From Bacteroidia bacterium (GTDB lineage: Bacteria > Bacteroidota > Bacteroidia > UBA4408), in the NCBI GenBank assembly GCA_044238735.1, contig JBIICS010000002.1, positions 3,090-67,089 of the forward strand: a DNA stretch of 64,000 bases, read 5' to 3'. The stretch's first letter is position 1; every line of letters starts with the position of its first letter. Shown here piece after piece: positions 60,101 to 64,000 of the stretch. The position numbers and the translations under genes were made by a program. The notes under the pieces were generated by a model. The model had not been told where the DNA came from. It made no database searches and saw nothing but the letters and a program-made list of their open reading frames with translations.

Positions 60101-61373
60101 ATGGTCGCTTGAACAAGTTGATTATAATAATCCATGTGGAGAGGAAATCAACTGGAAAGCGTCAGAAAATAGTAACGGCGGAACTCCGGGATACGTTAAT
60201 TCTGTTAAAAATTCTAATCCAGATCAAACAGCACCTAAGCTGGTAAGGGTAAGTGTTATTAATCCTTTAACTATAGAAGCTTTTTTTAATGAATCAATTG
60301 ATTCGCTTAGTTTTCAAAGTCCATCCCTATATCAAATAAACAACAATGTGGGTTCTCCCATAAATGTTAAATTGGTTAAACCCGGATATAAATCGGTAAT
60401 ACTTAATTTGCCTCTAAATATAGATTCCAGCTTGGGTTATCAATTAACAGTGAGTACTCAAATTAAAGACTGTGTTGGAAATACTTTAAATACAGATTAC
60501 ACTAGCGCCCGTTTTGGTATTCCACGTTTTCCTAAGGTTGGCGATGTTTTGATAAATGAATTTTTATTCGATCCAAACGATGGCGGTTCAGAATTTATCG
60601 AACTGTATAATAAATCTGATAAAATAATTGATTTAAAGTATTTATCCTTTTTCACCTATAACTCTTCGGGTGCACCATCATCAATTTATCCAATAAGTTC
60701 AGCTGGATATTTATTTTTTCCGGGAGATTACATGGTTCTTACCGACAAAGCACCAGGGGTATCAGAATTTTATAATGTAAATAACGAATTGAGAATTTTA
60801 GAATGTAATATACCCGCTTTGTCAAATACAGAAGGTTCGGTGGTTTTAGGAGATATCAATAATAAAGAATTAGACCGATTAGATTATAATTCAGATTTTC
60901 ATTTCCCATTATTAAGAATTACAAAGGGCGTAAGTTTAGAGCGAATAAGTTTAAGCAAAGAAACTAATCTTAAATCCAATTGGCATTCTGCATCAGAAAG
61001 CGTCGGATTTGCAAGCCCTACAACTCAAAATTCGCAATGGATAGATGGCGGATTAAGCAATAATTTTACATTAAATACGGATATATTTTCTCCAGATAAC
61101 GATGGGTATAATGATGTTTTAAGTTTGAATTACAATTTAGACAAGGAAGGCTTAATTGCCAATGTTGCGGTATACGATGGAGCAGGTAGAATGGTAAAAT
61201 TGCTCGTTAAAAATGAGCTTTTAGGCACAAGCGGTCAGTTTTTATGGGACGGTGTAAATGAAAATAATCAAAAGGCCGCAATAGGGCCGTATGTGATTGT
61301 GGTTGAAATAACAGATATAGAGGGGATTGTAAGACGGATCAGAAAAACCTGTGTTTTAGCTGTAAAACTTTAA
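57141..61373 (+). CDS. Large (1410 aa) secreted protein with 4 lamin-tail domains (LTD) alternating with Ig-like spacers and a T9SS type-B (gliding-motility-associated) C-terminal domain
   Basis: Signal peptide MRYFLFIILSAFYLLSYAQ. Four copies of INE..ADP.......E(F/Y)(I/V)E(L/I)YNRS........W.(I/L)..G (LTD-like) each followed by an ...W.AS.N..GGTPG..NS spacer. C-terminus FSPDNDGYNDVL..NY......AVYDGAGRMV is type-B CTD-like. Confidence 0.75.
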   Translation: MRYFLFIILSAFYLLSYAQLNENFSDGDFKNNPSWFGDTGVFIINASNQLQLNNAGVASTSILYTPLVLGNLDSLEWNVFVKQSFAGSSSNYSRIYLVSDQPDLKSSLNGYFLQFGEANANDAIELFKQTGTSVSSICRGTNASIASSVNAHVKVERRQGGLWKLYVDYTGGNNYTLDAQGTDNSFNSSGFFGFLCNYTSSNATKFFYDNIRVNNLIADTVKPVLLAAEALNNQHLILTFSETIDTNGVSNNNNYFLNGGIGNPLQAYPDTNDKKSIHLITANLFMSGQTYAVTVNNIKDLNSNFILANSSLSFIYIGFESPVSKDVVVNEIYADNTSTINFTQINSRGEYIELYNRSNKYFNLQNWTITAGSSTRVLPTCILNPGTYVTLCAVADTAFYKSYGPVVSLSSALPLTNAGSTLILKDNTGRTIDKISYSDSWYNDNDKKDGGYALEKINPNDSCFNQKPNWSGSNSVSVGGSPGIVNTVYSLNSDNTPPSVSEVTVVDSNRIQVCFNEGMDSASVFQSNHYFVNNGLIVTAVASISPSYDCIVLVTNLTIDSNITYLLSAVNVADCRGNTIAGNNSGEFSVSIPASRFDIIINEIMADPTPEVLLPNAEFVEVYNRSTKRIRMDKWKLSVGNSLKTISNRTIGPGEYLILAANSDTTLFSSYGKVSGISSTLSLTNGGATLTLLDSNAAIIDKVSYSSLWYTDNNKDDGGWTLERINSNDFCSLTGNWKASDNLSGGTPGKINSIQNNAPDLSGPQLVDVMVNSANTLVAFFNETLDSVFNENVLLFAISGQAPPNINSVKVIAPFYNQVLITLSSAITIGQAYTLSVNGLKDCKGNVNTLVQSSVFGRYRQALPYEIVINELMADPDPSVNLPNYEYIEIYNRTNQSLNLEKMIISSGSSKIILPFKIIGPGQYFLLLDEDGAPFYTSLPNKIEFPGFVTLPNEGGTLTLTDSSGNITHSISYTSGWYKNTQKDEGGWSLEQVDYNNPCGEEINWKASENSNGGTPGYVNSVKNSNPDQTAPKLVRVSVINPLTIEAFFNESIDSLSFQSPSLYQINNNVGSPINVKLVKPGYKSVILNLPLNIDSSLGYQLTVSTQIKDCVGNTLNTDYTSARFGIPRFPKVGDVLINEFLFDPNDGGSEFIELYNKSDKIIDLKYLSFFTYNSSGAPSSIYPISSAGYLFFPGDYMVLTDKAPGVSEFYNVNNELRILECNIPALSNTEGSVVLGDINNKELDRLDYNSDFHFPLLRITKGVSLERISLSKETNLKSNWHSASESVGFASPTTQNSQWIDGGLSNNFTLNTDIFSPDNDGYNDVLSLNYNLDKEGLIANVAVYDGAGRMVKLLVKNELLGTSGQFLWDGVNENNQKAAIGPYVIVVEITDIEGIVRRIRKTCVLAVKL

Positions 61374-61451
61374 ATTGTACCATTTAAACACCTGCTAATA
61401 TTTTTAAACACAAGTTTTAAAAAAAACTTAATTTTGCACAAATAATATATT

Positions 61452-62855
61452 ATGACAAAGTACGATGTTACTATAATTGGTTCGGGTCCGGGTGGATATG
61501 TAGCCGCAATTCGTTGCGCACAACTTGGATTAAAAACAGCCTTAATTGAGAAATACAACTCATTAGGAGGTACCTGTTTAAACGTGGGTTGTATCCCATC
61601 TAAAGCTTTGTTGGACAGTTCGGAGCATTTTCATAATGCCAACCATACCTTTGCTGAGCATGGAATTGAGGTAAAAGAAGTGAAAGCCAATCTGGAACAG
61701 ATGATTAAACGCAAAGAAAAGGTTATCGAAACAACGGTTGGGGGCATTCAATTTTTAATGAAAAAAAACAAAATTGATGTATTGCACGGAGTAGGAAGTT
61801 TTAAAACCAAAAACACTATTACCATTACAAAAGCCGACGGTAAAACAGAAGAAATAGAAACAAACAAAACGATTATTGCAACTGGATCTAAACCAAGCTC
61901 GTTGCCGTTTATTAAAATAGATAAAGAAAAAATTATTACTTCTACTGAAGCATTAAATTTAAAAGAGATTCCAAAACATCTGATTGTAATTGGCGGAGGA
62001 GTTATTGGACTGGAACTTGGTTCAGTTTATGCGCGTTTAGGATCTAAAGTTAGTGTTGTTGAATATGCGGAAAATATTATTCCAACAATGGACAGCAGCA
62101 TGGGTAAAGAACTTATTAAATCTTTAAAGAAGCTTGGCTTTGAATTTTATTTAAGTCACAAAGTTACCGGCGCTACTGCAAAAGGTAAAAATGTAACAGT
62201 AACAGCTGATTCCCCTAAAGGCGAAAAAATAGAGTTGAGCGGTGATTATTGCTTAGTTAGTGTTGGAAGAAGAGCCTACACCGAAGGGTTAGGATTAGAG
62301 AATGCTGGAATTAAAACAGATGAAAGAGGAAAAATACCTGTTAACGACCATCTGCAAACCGTTGTGCCGGGTATTTATGCAATTGGCGATGTAATTAACG
62401 GAGCTATGCTTGCTCACAAAGCGGAAGAAGAAGGAACTTTGGTTGCTGAGCTAATTGCTGGACAAAAACCACATATTAACTACAATTTAATTCCCGGCGT
62501 TGTTTATACATGGCCAGAAGTTGCAAGTGTTGGCCAAACCGAAGAGCAATTAAAGCAAGCCGGTAAGAAATATAAAGTGGGATCATTTCCCTATCGTGCT
62601 TTAGGAAGAGCAAGAGCAAGTATGGATACAGAAGGATTAGTAAAGATTTTGGCAGATGCTGAAACTGACGAGATTTTAGGAGCCCATATTATTGGTGCTC
62701 GCGCAGCAGATATGATTATGGAGGCGGTAGTTGCCATGGAATATAGAGCAAGTGCTGAAGATATTGTAAGAATGAGTCACCCGCATCCAACTTATACAGA
62801 AGCCTTCAGAGAAGCCTGTATGGATGCTACAGCCAAGCGAGCAGTCCATATGTAA
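61452..62855 (+). CDS. lpdA: Dihydrolipoyl dehydrogenase (E3 component)
   Basis: YDVTIIGSGPGGYVAAIR (FAD-binding), the redox-active disulfide GGTCLNVGCIPSKALL, and the C-terminal HPHPT dimer-interface motif. Confidence 0.9.
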   Translation: MTKYDVTIIGSGPGGYVAAIRCAQLGLKTALIEKYNSLGGTCLNVGCIPSKALLDSSEHFHNANHTFAEHGIEVKEVKANLEQMIKRKEKVIETTVGGIQFLMKKNKIDVLHGVGSFKTKNTITITKADGKTEEIETNKTIIATGSKPSSLPFIKIDKEKIITSTEALNLKEIPKHLIVIGGGVIGLELGSVYARLGSKVSVVEYAENIIPTMDSSMGKELIKSLKKLGFEFYLSHKVTGATAKGKNVTVTADSPKGEKIELSGDYCLVSVGRRAYTEGLGLENAGIKTDERGKIPVNDHLQTVVPGIYAIGDVINGAMLAHKAEEEGTLVAELIAGQKPHINYNLIPGVVYTWPEVASVGQTEEQLKQAGKKYKVGSFPYRALGRARASMDTEGLVKILADAETDEILGAHIIGARAADMIMEAVVAMEYRASAEDIVRMSHPHPTYTEAFREACMDATAKRAVHM

Positions 62856-62872
62856 TAAACAGCTATTTACCC

Positions 62873-62901
62873 GGGGTGTCGATTTATCGACACCCTTTTT
62901 T
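62873..62901 (+). terminator. Rho-independent terminator (ggggtgtcga-ttt-atcgacaccc + T6)
   Basis: Perfect 10-bp stem 18 nt after the lpdA stop. Confidence 0.7.
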
Positions 62902-63081
62902 CATCTTTTTTCAATCGTATATTTTTTTCATTTCTGCAAATTATATCGAGATAAAATACTTAGGAAATTAAAATTATTTATTGATATAGGCTAGTTTTAA
63001 ATGTAACCCAGATTAAAATTTACCGTAAAAAAAGTAGTTAAAAATTACTTTAACGTAATCTGTAAAAAAGAAGGAGGCATT

Positions 63082-63195
63082 ATGAAAAAGATGAAATATT
63101 TATTAAAGGCCATTGTCAGAGTTTTAGCAAACCCATTAGAATACAGAAAAACAAAACGATGGTATGCTGATAAGTTGCGTTATCCAAATTTTTAA
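63082..63195 (+). CDS. Candidate 37-aa basic small protein (MKKMKYLLKAIVRVLANPLEYRKTKRWYADKLRYPNF) preceded by a near-perfect Shine-Dalgarno AAGGAGG
   Basis: The ORF is below the track threshold. It has an ATG 6 nt after aaggagg, which is unusual in this SD-poor genome. I recognise no homology. Confidence 0.25.
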   Translation: MKKMKYLLKAIVRVLANPLEYRKTKRWYADKLRYPNF

Positions 63196-63269
63196 AAAAC
63201 ACTTTTCAATTTATTTGATTTATTAATTATTTTTAGATAATAAGTGTTTGATTTTTATAAGTACACTAT

Positions 63270-63524
63270 ATGGGCCTATTCCTCTTAATTTTTCTTTTAG
63301 TACTAATATTGGTAATAGTTACAGTTAAATATAAAAAGCAAATCAAATTATCTCCTAAACGTATTGTAAAGCAACACGAAATTAATGGTTCACAAATTAA
63401 GACCATTATTGAGCCGATTTCTAAATCTAATACTTCAATGATAAAGAAACCCGAGATGTCTGCTCAAAACAAATGGTTAAATCCCCAGGACGATTTAGGT
63501 GAGTTGGAAAGGGGTATCAATTAG
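63270..63524 (+). CDS. Hypothetical small membrane protein (84 aa, one N-terminal TM helix)
   Basis: MGLFLLIFLLVLILVIVTV TM segment followed by a Lys-rich tail. No motif recognised. Confidence 0.3.
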   Translation: MGLFLLIFLLVLILVIVTVKYKKQIKLSPKRIVKQHEINGSQIKTIIEPISKSNTSMIKKPEMSAQNKWLNPQDDLGELERGIN

Positions 63525-63585
63525 CGTATGATTTTGTTAGGTAAAGAGATATAAAAATCACTTTTATGGGTGGTTTTATTTTTTT

Positions 63586-63840
63586 GGCGCGCCCGCCTCA
63601 TGAGGTGTCTTGTTATAAATTATTTTCAAAATATTTGGCGGTCGGGCTTTACGCTACAAGTCCTCGGCGTTTATACAAACGCCTGTGGGCTTTACGCTTC
63701 AATCCCTCGCGCTATCGTTAGCTCAAATACTTATTATGCGATCTTAATAATTAAACTGTTTATCCTCTATAAAGGCCTATTAACAATATGCAAGCGCTAA
63801 GCTGAAGCCCAAGCCCTATGCGGTGGGGCTTAGGGCGATT
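63586..63840. other. GC-rich structured island with imperfect direct repeats (gggctttacgct(a/t)caa(g/t)(t)cc(t)cg(g)cg x2) and hairpins (ggcgttt-ataca-aacgcc; aagccc...gggctt)
   Basis: Local GC is far above the window mean, and the stems are visible by eye. The only ORF here (63570..63800) has poor codon character. Confidence 0.3.
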
Positions 63841-63942
63841 GTATAATTTAAATTAATACTCATACTTTTCTTATTTACTAACACTGCTCAATCTCCATGC
63901 GTTTGGATAGTAAACAAAGCCTGATGCTGCAGTACTGGGGTT

Positions 63943-63965
63943 ATGCAAAGTTTAAAACTTTGCAT
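63943..63965. promoter_or_regulatory. 23-bp perfect palindrome atgcaaagttt-a-aaactttgcat just upstream of an ATG at 63969 (candidate operator)
   Basis: The 11-bp arms are exact reverse complements. A new ORF (MNVQVTLSLN...) begins 4 nt downstream and runs off the window. Confidence 0.3.
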
Positions 63966-64000
63966 ATTATGAATGTACAAGTTACGCTATCGCTAAACTT

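Noticed and set aside
63570-63800. 76-aa ORF in the GC-rich island
   Set aside because: Its composition and codon usage are unlike the rest of the window. The region is better explained as a structured non-coding repeat. Kept only as a low-confidence 'other' feature.
1-64000. Prophage, IS element or integron content
   Set aside because: No integrase, transposase, recombinase or terminal inverted repeats were recognised anywhere in the window. The tRNA-Leu is not followed by an integrase or direct repeat of its 3' end.

Overview
This 64 kb window looks like chromosomal DNA from an AT-rich member of the Bacteroidota (Flavobacteriia/Sphingobacteriia-like). Evidence: about 33% GC, no usual Shine-Dalgarno sites, several type IX secretion system (T9SS) C-terminal sorting domains, a PorP/SprF-like N-terminus, OmpA/TSP3 repeats, a TonB-dependent receptor and a tRNA-Leu. 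The window is densely coding, about 45 supportable CDS. Housekeeping genes recognised with good confidence from motifs are fabF, a TrmH-family methyltransferase, an Omp85-family protein, aroE, a polyprenyl-phosphate sugar transferase, an M20 peptidase, Sua5/TsaC, an MFS transporter, hldD, gtrA-like, an S8 subtilase, mdh, pssA, a fatty-acid desaturase, asd and lpdA. These are interleaved with a large set of cell-surface/T9SS genes: a 5'-truncated collagen-like/tail-fibre-like repeat protein (1..1824), an 843-aa type-A CTD cargo whose signal peptide appears split by a frameshift, a 2956-aa SprB-like giant adhesin with type-B (gliding-motility-associated) CTD, a four-gene cluster (33379..44040) ending in a PorP/SprF-TSP3-OmpA fusion protein and a 1134-aa type-A CTD cargo made of MopE-like metal-binding repeats, and a 1410-aa lamin-tail-domain repeat protein with type-B CTD. 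The most unusual non-coding content is a 650-bp gene-free convergent intergenic region (5240..5887) carrying a stack of GC-rich hairpins flanked by imperfect direct repeats and ending in a rho-independent terminator (candidate sRNA or miniature element), a heptanucleotide microsatellite (10794..10851), long perfect in-frame tandem repeats in two surface-protein genes, and a GC-rich repeat island at the right edge (63586..63840). No CRISPR array, transposase, integrase or recognisable defence-system gene was seen. No single obviously novel system stands out; the best candidates are the PorP/SprF-OmpA + cargo cluster, the tail-fibre-like mosaic protein with a possible downstream chaperone, and the structured intergenic element. 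All calls are from reading the sequence and remembered family signatures; no database search was run.
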